Program-made: the position numbers and the translations under genes
The notes under the pieces: model-generated
What the model was told of the DNA's origin: nothing
The model's input: only the letters and a program-made list of their open reading frames with translations
Databases searched by the model: none
From: Eledone cirrhosa
Taxonomy: Eukaryota
Length of the DNA stretch: 64,000 bases
Reading direction: 5' to 3'
Assembly (NCBI GenBank): GCA_964016885.1
Contig: OZ024744.1
Span: 54,808,001-54,872,000 of the forward strand
In this document: in pieces, positions 12,502 to 25,212 of the stretch
Position numbering within the stretch: position 1 is the stretch's first letter
Layout: every line of letters begins with the position of its first letter

Positions 12502-15210
12502 TCTACTTATATATATAAACAGCAATTTCTCTGTCTGTCTGTCCGACAGTGGAAACACGCGCGTAGAGAGAGAGTGAGAGAGAAAGAAAGAGACAGACTA
12601 CGAGAGGGGGATAGCGGGAGGGAGAGACAGAGTGAATAGACGCTAAAACACGTGCTACAGAAACATTACCTTCCCCTCTCCACTGACTTTGGTCACTGAG
12701 GCCGAGGGAATCGCTGGTTGCTATAGAGACACCTTGCACAAGCCAGAAGTAACCAGTTCGAGGCGGTTCTGACTTGACACCATGCGAAGAAGGTTGCCAT
12801 TGAATTTGTGGTTGTTACTGCTGATAATAAGGACCATTTGAAGAAGGTCGCTGCTGATGAGGTAATTTATTAATCAGATTGCGCAGTTCCATAACCTACG
12901 TTTGATTTGTTCAATTTTTTTCTTCAATTTTTTTTGTTGTTTTTTTTTATTTCTTATTGAAAAAATATAAATAATAAAATAAGGTTAGAAATTTAAATAC
13001 AATTAAATACGATTTAATTTCCATTTCCAGCAGCCAATGTCCAGTGTTCAATTTCATGAAAAAATTGGAAATAATTCAAAAAATTGAAGTTTAACTTTTG
13101 AACATTTGTTTTGACAATAAAAAAAATATTTCCTTATTCACACCTAATGGTATGATTAAAATTTCATAGGAATATTTTTTTCTAACCGCCAGTTACTTAA
13201 ATATTATTAAAAATAAATTTTTTTTAAAAAAGAATCGAAGATTTTGTGAATTTTTTTACCACCTTCCAAGCCTTAAACACTAATTCTCGCGAATTTGTGT
13301 TTTGTAATGACCCTCAGGACGCTGCTATTGTTGATTCCAATAGTGCCTGGTATTCGAATATGTTAGTATACAATTTTTTGAATAAAATTAAGGCGGAATT
13401 AGAGCTGCCAAACAAAATTTTTTTCGGCTTCGGCCCATATTATTTTTTGGGAAAATTCTATTGGCTCTAATGAGTCTGCCTCTGTTGGCGTTATTTGCGA
13501 CAGTCACCATTTCTTGACTTTCAAGTCTATATATGTAAAGCTGATGTTGTCTGCCTGTCTGTCTACTAAAACCTTCGGCACACATCTCCTCTTAAACCGT
13601 ACGTTTAAATTTCGGGGAAATTGCTACACTTATAGATGAAGGTCCGGCGGAGTCACTGTCTGTCTGTCTGTCTACTAAAACCTTCGGCACACATCTCCTC
13701 TTAAACCGTACGTTCAAATTTCGGTGAAATTGCTACACTTATAGATGAAGGTCCGGTGGAGTCTTCGGTCAAAAACATTTTCAAATCGACCCACGCCAAG
13801 TGTAAAAATCGAATTTGTAATCTATATATATAAAACTGAGGTTGTCTGTCTGTCTACTAAAACCTTCGGCACACATCTCCTCTTAAACCGTACGTTCAAA
13901 TTTCGGTGAAATTGCTACACTTATAGATGAAGGTCCGGCGGAGTCAAAATTTTTCAAATCGACCCACGCCAAGTGTAAAAATCGAATTTGTAATCTCCTT
14001 ATAATATATAACCAGCAATTTCTCTGTCTGTCTGTCCGACAGTGGAAACACGTGCGCGCGTGCGAATGTTTTTTGCGCACGCGTAGAGAGAGAGTGAGAG
14101 TGAAAGAAAGAGACAGACTACAAGAGAGGGATAGCGGGAGGGAGAGAGGGGGGAATTGAGGAGTGCTACAGAAACATATATACATTTCTCTGTGTGTGTA
14201 ATATATATATATACTAACAGAAAACCACCCGGTGGGTGGTTTTCTGCTAGTCTACTTATATATATAACCAGCAATTTCTCTGTCTGTCTGTCCGACAGTG
14301 GAAACACGTGCGTAGAGAGAGAGTGAGAGTGAAAGAAAGAGACAGACTACGAGAGGGGGATAGCGGGAGGGAGAGAGGGAGAGAGAGAGAGTGAATAGAC
14401 GCTAAAACACGTGCTACAGAAACATTACCTTCCCCTCTCCACTGACTTTGGTCACTGAGGCCGAGGGAATCGCGCTGAGCGCATCATAATGACGTAATGC
14501 AGACAGCCAGACATACAGACAGATATTATAAGGGCGCAATGTTATATCTATGTATCTATCTAAAAAGAAAGACTAAGAATTATATAGAGAGAACGCTAAA
14601 TCGCCTAATGCGGTCCCTAGGGCATTGAAAATTTGAAATAATATTTGCTCAAAACACTCACAGGACCATAAGTATTACATGTCTAAAGTTTGAAAACAAT
14701 CGGTTGGATGGTTCTCAAGTTTTAGTGAGCTGACAGACAGACAGACATTCTCTGTTTTAGATATATAGACGAGCAGAAACCCCCCCCCCCCCCCCGTGTG
14801 GTTTTCTGCTAGTCTACATATATAAAACTGAGGATGTCTGTCTGTCTGTGTGTGTGTGTGAGTTTGAATCCCTAAAATTTGAGAAGCACCCAACCGACTG
14901 TTTTCAAACTTTACACATGTAATACTTATATTTCAAGGAGTGTTTTGAGCAAAACAAATTTCAAATTTTCAATGCCCTAGGGACCGCATTAGGCGATTTA
15001 GCGATCTCTCTATATAATTCTTAGTCTTTCTCTTTTTAGATAGATACATACATATAACGTCGCGCCCTTATAATATCTGTCTGTATGTCTGGCTGTCTGC
15101 ATTACGCCACTTCCCACAATTCGCTCTGCGTCCAGAACGCGCCCTTATAATATCTGTCTGTATGTCTGGCTATCTGCATTACGTCACTTCCCAAAATTCC
15201 CTCTGCGTGC
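12502..15210. mobile_element. Pile-up of Helitron 5' termini and non-autonomous fragments
   Basis: TCTA..ATATATA(A)..(TCTG)n 5' ends at ~12502, 13525, 13821, 13993, 14251 and 14813 (+) and ~14769 (-). Internal duplications at 13540-13990. Head-to-head inverted copies at 14490-14769 and 14813-15105. Confidence 0.8.
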
Positions 15211-17414
15211 AGATTTTCCACTTACGCCCCACTGCCTCCGGTTATTCTGCCACCTTTGCTCAAGACAAATCTCACACTCATTCCCCAAACAGTTGGTAAG
15301 TGCACACAACTTCTTCCTCGCGTTTTAAGCCAGTGTTGCTATATTTCACACAACACTAAAAATGAAAGCCGGTAACTATGTATTAGTCAGTCTCTTCTTC
15401 ATACCGTGAGCAAAGAAAATCCAACTTTTAGTGGAGCGAGTGAAATAAAGTCGATCCTGCTGCGATTCAAAAATCCGGTTTGCAGGTTATATATTTCACA
15501 CAACACTAAAAATTAAAGCCGGTAAAGAAAACATCGCTATAATAGCTTCAGTTTTCACAGTGTTGCTTACTTACGTGCCTTTACGAGAACAAAAGTTACT
15601 ATTTTACCGCTTAGTATTGTAGAAAATCTCTCTCTATATATTTTTTTTTCGTTTTGATTTTATATTTTTATGCGAATTACTTAAGAAATAAAATATTGTA
15701 TATTTTTTTGTGTGTAAATTTTATACTTTGTAAGAATTATAAATGACTAGCAGAAAAACCACCAACTCTCTGACACCAGCTGCTCTGCCACTCCTGCTGA
15801 AGGCCAAATCTACCACTAATTCAACAGACATTTGGTAAGCGCACACAGTTTCTCTCTCCAGTTTTCACCTGATACACGTAGGCGCTAATGCCTACACTGT
15901 TTTACACTGCTGCCATACCACTAACGCGGCATCAACGTCTGCTGCAAGAGCTGCAGAGACTGAAGACTAACGTCGAAGCCGCCATACCGCTAATGCGGCA
16001 TCAACATCTGCTGCAAGAGCTGCAGAGACTGAAGACCAGCGTCGAAGCCGCCATACCGCTAACGTCGCGTCAACATCTGCTGCAAGAGCTGCAGAGACTG
16101 AAGACTAACGTCGAAGCCGCCATACCACTAACGCGGCATCAACGTCTGCTGCAAGAGCTGCAGAGACTGAAGACTAACGTCGAAGCCGCCATACCGCTAA
16201 TGCGGCATCAACATCTGCTGCAAGAGCTGCAGAGACTGAAGACCAGCGTCGAAGCCGCCATACCGCTAACGTCGCGTCAACATCTGCTGCAAGAGCTGCA
16301 GAGACTGAAGACTAACGTCGAAGCCGCCATACCACTAACGCGGCATCAACGTCTGCTGCAAGAGCTGCAGAGACTGAAGACTAACGTCGAAGCCGCCATA
16401 CCGCTAACGTCGCGTCAACGTCTGCTGCAAGAGCTGCAGAGCCAGACCAACAGCGTAAACGTCACCGAACCTCTGATGCCGCGTCAACTTCTGCTTCACG
16501 GGCTGCGGAGAACGAAGAACAGCGCATTAGACGTCGGGCAACGGATGCTCCGAACACTGCTGCTGCTCGAGTTTCCAAAACGGCGCAAGACCGCAATAAC
16601 CGTCTAGAGAGTAATGTCCATCGAAGAGCTCTTAGGCAAGGTGTTTCAAAGCCGTGCAGCTCACAATGGGCCTTCAAAGCTTTAGAGTACAGCCCCATCT
16701 TTCATTGCAGCAACCACCCAAACATGACACTTGGAAGTATGTCAAAAAGGTGCTCATTTTGCAATGCCAAAAAGTGGTCGGGGGAACCACCTGGTATGTG
16801 CTGCTCAAACAGGAAGGTCAAATTGCACCCACTGGAGGACCCACCGCAGCCGCTGAAGATCCTCCTTTCAGGCTCAACTGCCGATTCAAAGCACTTTCTC
16901 AGTAATATCCGGAAGTACAATTGCGCCTTCCAGATGACATCTTTCGGGCTAATGTTGTCAGAGAGGGTGGATTTATGCCCACATTTAAAGTGCAAGGGCA
17001 GGTATAACATAGAATCGGACCGCTCCAACTTACTACCAACGAAGATCCCCAGTTCCTCCAAATTTGCTTCATCGGAAATGTCAATGAACAGGCTGCCATG
17101 CGGAACTCTATTTCATCTGGCACCAATCTTGACATTATCAGAAATCTACAAGACATTTTGCACACATACAACAGCTATGTCATCAGCTTCAAGTACGCAT
17201 TGGAAGCAGCTCCTGCATCAAATTTCAATGTCGTAACTGATGCCTCGAAAAGACCTTCTGGCGAACATTCGGGCCGCTACAATTTACCTGCGTGCAACGA
17301 AATAGCTGTACTTATTTACATATTGTCGAGGCATGCAGTTTTTCCACGATTATGTCTGTTGGCGGCCCGCGTTCCAAAATACCTTATCCTGTGCAACGCC
17401 GGGTACCACTGCTA
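14813..17414 (+). mobile_element. Helitron 5' half: 5' end, STPR-like repeats, N-terminal Zn finger, start of Rep, then a Helitron 3' end
   Basis: CSFCNAKKWSGEPPGMCCSNRKVKL, NIRKYNCAFQMTSFG and GRYNLPACNEIAVL. Terminal cctgtgcaacgccggg...ctgctat at ~17388-17414 resembles the other Helitron 3' ends in the window. Confidence 0.85.
15912..16610 (+). repeat. 69-bp coding tandem repeat (23-aa STPR-like ETEDQRRSRHTANAASTSAARAA)
   Basis: Period 69 (15912, 15981...). The E-T-x-x-Q-R-x-x-R frame matches the 23-aa STPR-type repeats of Helitron transposases. Several units have Gln>TAA stops, and the listed ORF 15888-16607 is a different frame. Confidence 0.8.
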
Positions 17415-17986
17415 TAATTTTCAAATAAATTTGAAAATTATCAAGAATTTGAGGGATTTGGTAAAATAATCTTCTCATTATTCGGTTGGTGTTTGAAGCA
17501 TAACTTAAAGTTTCTTACGGAACTTCATAATGGGACTTTTTTTTTTAAATATGAAACTATCACAAACACCACCACCAACAACAACTCTACCACCGCCAAT
17601 ACTACCACCACAACCACGACTACCACGACTGCCACCACATTGCCACCGATACCAAAATCACTGCCACCACCGCCACAACTACTGCCACCAAAATGGTGTA
17701 ATATTCTTATATCTGCAACAGTCTGTCTTTGATCCACTGACACACTAAACTGTGTCAGTCGATGATGGCTCCTTAACTTTATCTGATCGATAAACACTCT
17801 CCTGTTATCTACTTAACCCACCCTACCTTGCTCTCTTTTTTCTATCAATCTCTGTTTCTATATGACTCGGTTTGTCTGTCTCTCTAACTGTCTATCTACG
17901 GAAATTGTGCAGCCTGGTCCCCAGGAGACGAAGAGCCCGATACCCGGGACGCAGAGAGGTAAGTGCCTTTTCTCTTCACCTCCAAC

Positions 17987-20900
17987 ATGGCTATGCTAAG
18001 AGTAGGCTGTCTAAATGCGCGTGGCCTGGGCTCAACTTGGAAGCAAGCAATGCTGCTAAATGACCTCAGATCACAACGTATAGATGTGATGGTTATTTGC
18101 GAGGCCCGGATCAGCAACGTGTGACAGCTGGCCCCCACCTTTGATGACTTTGAGATGCACGCATCTCTCTGTCAGCCTGGAGGTGGGGGTGGGATTGTCG
18201 TTCTGCTGCAAAAACATCTGGGTCTCGCAACACAGACGGTACATTTGGACCCGGAGGGTCGACTAGTGGTTCTGGATCTTGGCAGTGGGGAAGGTGGAGC
18301 GTTTAGGTTGGTAGCCGTCTACGGCCCTTTCGGGTCAATGCGGCCGGACTTCTTCCATCGTCTGGAGTCTTTTCTAGGGACGTCCCGATCCTTTCTATTA
18401 GTGGGGGACTGGAATGCTATCCTAGATGCACGTTGGGACTACGTAGGGGCCTGTCCCGATAGAGAGGGGTGTAATAGCCTCAAAGGGTTAATCAGTCGAT
18501 TTGACATGGCCGATAGATATCGACTAGATTTTCCGACTGCGCCAACCTGGACTTGGGCAAACCGTAGCGGATCATCTAGGTCGTACCTAGATAGGTTCTT
18601 AGTTAGAAATAAGGATAAGGACTTTTTAAGTGGTCCAAAAATGCGCACGGTTGGCTATTCAGACAACAAGTTAGTGACCTGCATGGTCAACCTTGACAGA
18701 ACGCATAGACAGAGACCCGGTTACTGGAAGCTCAACTCGTCCTTACCGGCAAGTAAGGCTTACAGGGACCGGATTAGCACTTTAGTTAAGGAGCGGTTGA
18801 CGAGCGCCATCGTCAACAGCAGGTGGTGGGGATCTTTCAAAAGAGAGATTAGAGTAGTCTCTATAGAATTTAGTAAGGAGTTAGCCTCAAATAGAAATAG
18901 GAAGGAAAGGGAGTTGGTAGATAGTGTAGAAGAGGCAATTAGAAGCGGTGACGTAGCCAGAATGCTAGCGTCGAGAACGGCCCTGGGCCAGTTCTTTGAC
19001 GCGAAACACGAAGGCTGCATCGTCCGAAGCAAAATACGTGCTCTGGGAAACGAGGGGACCAAAGCTGTTAGCTGGCCCGCATGACAGAAGCCAAAAGAAG
19101 GAGTAGATCCACTATCCGGTTTTTGCGAGACCAAGATAAGCGGGTGATCCTTGAACCTAGGCAGATGTGCGAGCCTTTTCAAAAGCACTTTGCCAGATTG
19201 TTCGGAAGGGGCGGGGATCCGGTTGGGGAAGTGGACTTCGGTCCATACCTCGACGGCCTGCCGCGTCTCTCGGACAGGGAGGCGAAGTCCTGCGAGGAGC
19301 CGATTTCAGCCGCTGAGATAGAGGACATGCTGAGCCAATGCGGCAAACGCAAATCCCCGGGTCTCGATGGTCTTCCATACGAACTATATCTAGCTATGCC
19401 GGAATTGTTCCCCGATCTCCTCGAGGCGGTCTACTGCAACTGGCAACAGAACGGGAGAATTCCCTATGCTGTGACCAAGGGCGTAGTCACGCTAGTGAGG
19501 AAGGACGAGAACAAGGGGGACGATATAAATAATTTCAGGCCCATAACTCTGCTAAATACAGAGCTACAGATTTTGGCCAAGGTGCAAGCAAAGAGGTTGG
19601 CGCTTGTCGTGGGTAACCTGGTGGGAGATGCGCAGACATGTGCTATCCCGTCCAGGTCCATCCACGACAACCTCCACCTCATGCGATACATCATAGAGAG
19701 GGTTGGGAACGAACCCGGCTTTGGTGGGGCCCTGATCAACTTGGATCAATCTAAGGCGTTCGATAGGGTCGACCATGGTTACCTGGATGCGGTGCTAGCG
19801 GCGGCAGGCTTCAGACCCGTTTTCAGGGGCTGGATCAACGCCATGCACAGCAACCGCATCTGCTCTAGGGTCAAGGTGAACGGCTACCTCTCGGAGCCGT
19901 TCGAAATCGCGCGGTCCATCCGACAAGGGGTGCCCTCTCTCCTCCCTTCTGTATGTAGTGACTCTAGAGCCACTGCTGCGGAAGTTGGAGTTGTTGCAGG
20001 GCATCCCGTTGGAACCGGGATTGCGGAAAGCGGTGTCGGCCTACGCCGATGACGTAACAGTAATGGTGTCGACGGCCTCGGAAATCGGGGGGGATCGGCA
20101 CCTTACTGGAGGAGTACGAAAGGTTTACAGGGGCTAAGCTGAACCGGGACAAGTCGATCGGTCTGCAACTCGGCACGTGGTGGGGCAGATCGAGGCCCTC
20201 CGATGGCGTCGTCGAGCGCTGGACGGAGGGCCCGGTGAAGTTGCTCGGGGTCAGGTTCGGACCAGACCTCCAGGTGGAGAAGAACCGGGGTGAGGTAACG
20301 AACAGGGTGTTTGCACTGACCCAGAAGTGGGCCGAGTGCAAACTGTCCCTGAAAGGTCGGGCGGAGGGGGCGAACACTTATATAGCGTCCGTCATCTACT
20401 ACCGCCTGACCATCGTGCCTTGCCCAAGAGAAACGCTCACGAAAATGGAGCGCGCACTCTTCCAATTCCTTTGGAAGAAGCGAGCTCCTATGGTGAGGAG
20501 ATCCATCTGCTGTCAACACCCTTCGAAAGGAGGGCTGGGGATGCCGTGGCTAATGATACGTAAACACGCATTAAGGCTACGGCACCTCCAGGTATTCCTC
20601 ACCGGTCAACCGGTGTGGGCCCCGTTTGTGAGGCGAGCCTTTCCCAGACTCGTCTCGCTCACCGAGCTGCAATCCTGGGTCAAGCAAAGACCGAGAAAAC
20701 TGGGCACCTGGCACACCGAGTGTGCCCAGGCGCTCACGGTTCTCTGGCAAGCGGATCCGGCTGTCACTGGAGAATCCACCTCGTCATTCTATAGAGGGCT
20801 GGTGGTTAGCAGGTGCGACGACGCCCTCGAGGAAGCCCTAGGCATGGAGGAAGACGTACTGGCCAACCTATTCGGTAGGACATTCAGCCCAGGACCCATG

Positions 20901-21700
20901 GATAACTTCCAGAGGTCCCTGGCCTGGCAGTGCTACCGAGGGGCTCTGCCCGTTCGAGAAAGGCTCTACAGACACGGGCCTCCGGGTAGGTACCCTTCGA
21001 AAAAGATCTGTCCTAGATGCGTGTGCGACGAGGAAACCGTTGCACACGCATTGGTACACTGCTCGGGCATTGCCGATCTGTGGGGCTATGTCGAACAACT
21101 GCTGTCAAGGGTGGGACCGATCCGGTATACCACCGAGTCTCTTGTAACGATCAAGCCGCCTCCCCTCTTCAAAAACGAAGGAGAGGCGGTGTTTCTGTGC
21201 GTAGTAAGCCATGGCGAAAGAGATTGTATGGTGGACACGTCTGAAAGGACTGAGGTCAGACACCTTTCTCTCTGGCCAACAACTGGTCCGTTTCTTCCGA
21301 TATCATTTCGGAAGAAGGATCAGGATGGAGAGAGAGGTGCTGTACCCCAGCGTTTCTTTGAAAGATGGGTGAAAGTGAGGAGAATGGCCTGTGTGAATGG
21401 GCCTTCACTCTACATCAGACTGTAGGTGAGAAAGATGAAAGTTAATGGGAGCACCCTCTCTCTGTGCTCCTGAGGAGAAGGGTTGCACACTTTTTTTCGG
21501 GGGTGTGTGCGACCCCCAAGGCGCCTCCCCCCTATTGAGGATTTGTTTTTCAATTTATTTTTGTTATATTTTATATTTTATATTTTTATATTTTGTTATT
21601 GCATCCTCCTTATTGAGGACGCCTTGTTATGTAAACTCCCCCCGTTGTACTTGTCCCACTCTTTGATGCCCTGGTGGCAAATAAAAAGAAAGTTATCTAT
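17987..21700 (+). mobile_element. Tx1/L1-clade LINE copy A: full ORF2 region (APE endonuclease, RT, zf-RVT) with disabling mutations
   Basis: GCLNARGL..VICEAR, LVGDWNAI, SYLDRFL, YWKLN, KSPGLDGL, FRPITLLN, DQSKAFDRV, RQG, AYADDV and CPRC..ETVAHALVHC. Stops and frameshifts near 18122, 19080, 19930 and 20090. AATAAA at ~21679. Confidence 0.95.
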
Positions 21701-21880
21701 CTGTCTGTTTGTAATTGTTTGTTTTTATATTTTTTACACGACTGTATGTAAAATCCCCGGCATGTCTTTGTATTGTCCCCTTTTCTTGTGCGCCCTTGTG
21801 GCTAATAAAGAAATATATCTATCTGTCTGTCTGTACGTCTGTCTATCTATCTATCTATCTATCTATCTATATACCTCTCT

Positions 21881-24540
21881 GTCCACAAATGTTCATGGTT
21901 GCCTATTCAGATCACAAACTAGTGACTTGCATGGCCAACCTTGATAGAACCCATAGACAAGGACCCGGCTACTGGAAGCTGAACTTGTCGTTACCGACAA
22001 GCAAAGCCTACAGTAGACGGATTAGCACTTTAGTTAAACAGCACTTGACAGGGGCCATTGTCAACAACAGATGGTGGTACTCTCTCAAGAGGGCAGTTAG
22101 ATTAGACTCGATAGTTTTTAAAGAATTAGCGTTAGATAGAAATAGAACCGAGAAGGAACTGGTAGATAAAGTAGAAGAGGCAATTAGAAGTGGCAACGTA
22201 GCCAGCGTGCTAGCAACGAGAACGGCCTTGGACCAGTTCTTCGACGCAAAGTGGGTCTACCCTACGAATTTTACGTAGCAATGCCGAACTTATTCTCCGG
22301 TCTCCTGGAAGCGGTCTACTGCAACTGGCAACAGAACGGGAGAATTCCCAGTTCTGTAACCGGGGGCGTAGTCACACTAATCAGGAAGGACGAGAATAAG
22401 GGGGATGACATAGGCAACTTCCGCCCCATAACTCTGCTAAACACAGAGTTACAGATTTTGGCCAAGGTGTTGGCAAAGAGTCTGGCGCTTGTCGTCGAGA
22501 ACCTGGTGGGAGAAGCGCAGACATGCGCAATCCCGACCAGGTCCATACACGACAATCTCCACCTCATGCGATACATCATAGAGAGGGTAGGGTGTAAACC
22601 CGGCTTCGGTGGGGCCCTGATCAACTTGGATCTGTCTAAGGCTTTCGATAGGGTTGACTATCGTTACCTGGATGCGGTGCTCGAGGCGGCAGGCTTAGGA
22701 CCCGTGTTCAGGGGCTGGATTGCTGCAATGCACAACAGCAACATCTGCTCAAGGGTCAAGGTGAACGGCTACCTCTCGGAGCCGTTCCATATTACGCGAT
22801 CCATTCGACAGGGATGCCCTCTCTCCTCCCTTCTGTACGTACTGACTCTCGAGCCACTACTGCGGAAGTTGGAGCTATTGCAGGGCATCCCTCTGGAACC
22901 GGGACTGCGGAAAGCGGCGTCGGCCTACGCCGACGACGTGACAGTAATGGTGTCGAACGCCTCGCAAATCGAGGAAGTCGGCACCTTACTGAAGGAATAC
23001 GAAAGTTTCACAGGAGCAAAGCTGAACGAGGACAAGTCCATCGGTTTGCAACTCGGATCGTGGAGAGGCAAACCGATGCCTTCCGATGGCGTCGTCGGAC
23101 GCTGGACGGAAGGACCGGTAAAGCTGCTCGGGGTCTGGTTTGGTCCGGACCTCCAGGTGGAGAAAAACTGGAACGAAGTGACGGCCAAGGTGTTTGCACT
23201 CACCCAGAAGTGGGCCGAGTGCAAACTATCCTTGAAAGGTCGAGCGGAGGTGGCGAACACTTTTATAGCGTCCGCCATCTACTACCGCTTGACCGTCGTG
23301 CCTTGTCCAGCCAAAACGCTCGCCAAAATGGAGCGCGCGTTCTTCCAATTCCTTTGGAAGAGGCGGGCTCCTTTGGTGAGAAGATCCATCTGCTGCCAAC
23401 ACCCTTCTAACGGAGGGCTGGGGATGCCGTGGTTGACGATGCGCAAACACGCGCTCAGGCTGCGGCATCTCTACGTATTCCTCACCGGAAAACCGGTGTG
23501 GGCCCCGTTCGTGAGGCGAGCCTTCCCACGACTCGTCTCGCTGACCGAGCTGCAGTCCTGGGTCAAGCAAAGACCGAGGAAAATGGGCGACTGGCACATC
23601 GAATGTGCTCAGGCGCTCACAGCCCTCTGGCAGGTGGACCCGGCGATCAATGGAGACTCCACTTCGTCCTTCTATAGAGGGTTTATCCGCAGCAAGTGCG
23701 ACGACGCGCTCGGTGAAACTCTAGGCGTAGAGGAAGATGAACTGGCCAGTCTGTTCGGTAGGACCTTCCACCCGGGACCGATGGACAACTTCCAAAAGTC
23801 CCTGGCCTGGCAGTGCTACCGAGGAGCTCTACCAGTTCGAGACAAGTTCTACAGACATGGGCGCCCGGGCAGGGACCCTGCAAAAAAGATCTGTCCGAGG
23901 TGCGTGCGAGACGAAGAAACCGTCGCGCACGCATTCATACACTGCCCGGGCGTCACTGACCTGTGGGGCTATATAGAACGACTATTGTCGCGGGTGGGAC
24001 CAATCCGGTTGACCACCGAGTCCATTGTCATGATCAAACCGCCACCCTCCTTCAAAAACGAAGGAGAGGCGGTTTTCCTTTGTGTGATAGCTATGGCGAA
24101 AGAAGTTGTATGGTGGACAAGGTTGAAAGGGCTGAGGTCAGACACCTTTCTCTACGGCCAACAACTGATTCTTTTTTTCAAATACCACTTTGGAAGAAGA
24201 ATCAGGATGGAGAGAGAGGTGCTGTACCCCAGCAAGTTTTATGAAAGGTGGGTGAAAGTGGCGAGAATGGCCCGAGTGAATGGGCCTTCTCTCTATATCA
24301 GCCTGTAGGTTGAGGAAAAGGAGGAGGAGAGGAAAAGAGTACAAACTCTTCGTACTACTGGAGATGAGGGTTGCACATTTTTTCGGGGGGTATGTGTTAC
24401 CAATATAAACTGTCTCCCCCTATTGGGGAAAATCGACTAATTTTTTTAATTGCATTTGTGATAACATTTTACACGTTTTTATTGTATGTAAACTTCCCCC
24501 TTTGTATTTGTCCCCTTCTCCTGTGGCTAATAAAGAAACA
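21881..24540 (+). mobile_element. Tx1/L1-clade LINE copy B, 5'-truncated with an internal deletion and 21-bp TSD
   Basis: Begins in the EN C-terminus (YSDHKLV), has a deletion at ~22250 and an open RT-zf ORF at 22251-24308. TSD tatctatctatatacctctct at 21860-21880 and 24541-24561. Confidence 0.95.
22251..24308 (+). CDS. Uninterrupted 685-aa LINE ORF2 segment (RT + C-terminal zinc finger); lacks endonuclease and a true start
   Basis: FRPITLLN, DLSKAFDRV, RQGCPLSSLLY, SAYADDV, VKLLGV and CPRC...HAFIHC. Confidence 0.85.
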   Translation: MGLPYEFYVAMPNLFSGLLEAVYCNWQQNGRIPSSVTGGVVTLIRKDENKGDDIGNFRPITLLNTELQILAKVLAKSLALVVENLVGEAQTCAIPTRSIHDNLHLMRYIIERVGCKPGFGGALINLDLSKAFDRVDYRYLDAVLEAAGLGPVFRGWIAAMHNSNICSRVKVNGYLSEPFHITRSIRQGCPLSSLLYVLTLEPLLRKLELLQGIPLEPGLRKAASAYADDVTVMVSNASQIEEVGTLLKEYESFTGAKLNEDKSIGLQLGSWRGKPMPSDGVVGRWTEGPVKLLGVWFGPDLQVEKNWNEVTAKVFALTQKWAECKLSLKGRAEVANTFIASAIYYRLTVVPCPAKTLAKMERAFFQFLWKRRAPLVRRSICCQHPSNGGLGMPWLTMRKHALRLRHLYVFLTGKPVWAPFVRRAFPRLVSLTELQSWVKQRPRKMGDWHIECAQALTALWQVDPAINGDSTSSFYRGFIRSKCDDALGETLGVEEDELASLFGRTFHPGPMDNFQKSLAWQCYRGALPVRDKFYRHGRPGRDPAKKICPRCVRDEETVAHAFIHCPGVTDLWGYIERLLSRVGPIRLTTESIVMIKPPPSFKNEGEAVFLCVIAMAKEVVWWTRLKGLRSDTFLYGQQLILFFKYHFGRRIRMEREVLYPSKFYERWVKVARMARVNGPSLYISL

Positions 24541-24698
24541 TATCTATCTATATACCTCTCTCTCTACATATATATATGTGTGTGTGTGTGTTAGGTATTT
24601 CCGTAGAAAATGTAAAGGAAAGAAGAGTGCTCTATGTATATTACAGAGCTATTTAATTATATAATAAACAACACAATATAATTATTTGAATATTTAAG

Positions 24699-24772
24699 TA
24701 TTTCATCTGATGAACGTACTAGACGTTTCTGTTAAGATCGTCTAGTTTCATGAAACCTTAGGTAATGGAATA
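24699..24772 (+). ncRNA. Type I hammerhead ribozyme in small PLE-tail element (24590-24780)
   Basis: Stem I tatttcat/atggaata, CUGAUGA at 24707-13, stem II actagacg/cgtctagt, GAAA at 24752-55, stem III CC-UUA-GG, UA cleavage at 24764. A related fragment lies at 43785-43898. Confidence 0.82.
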
Positions 24773-24814
24773 ATTTTATATATATTATTATTATTATTAT
24801 TATTAATATTATTG

Positions 24815-25068
24815 TTGTTCTTTGAGTCTCAGTCATTGATGTTAGTTAACTGGAAAGTTTGTTGAAATGAATATCAAGCCACTACCTGCAGCCTCAGATA
24901 TTCAGGACGTATCGGAGGGTTCTTGCTGTTCCCAGCAAGCATGCCTTTTGAAGTGTTCCAAAAAGCGAGGCGGGGCCAATTTTCTTTAACCATCCCTGGA
25001 AACTTTTTGAGATAGTCCCTAGTGCGCCTATGACAATCGGGATCACTTTGACTTCATGGCAGTTCCAA
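24815..25068 (-). mobile_element. 3' end of R4/Dong-clade (RLE) non-LTR retrotransposon inserted in (TAA)n
   Basis: Minus-strand translation WNCHEVKVIPIVIGALGTISKKFPGWLKKIG...LQKACLLGTARTLRYVL* is a typical RLE C-terminus. (TTA)n tracts flank both sides. Confidence 0.8.
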
Positions 25069-25104
<36 letters not shown>

Positions 25105-25212
25105 TACACGTACAAAACCCACATCGTACCGTCCTGTGCCGTCTGTAATGTTTTTCTTGATGTCAGCCCTTGTGGCCAATAAAGAAATCATTATTATTAT
25201 TATTATTATTAT

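Noticed and set aside
15888-16607. 239-aa coiled-coil-like repeat protein ORF
   Set aside because: It is an alternative frame of the Helitron 69-bp STPR-like repeat, with no independent gene evidence.
18439-23934. Antisense and alternative-frame ORFs over Tx1 ORF2
   Set aside because: They are shadow ORFs of GC-rich coding sequence with no motifs.
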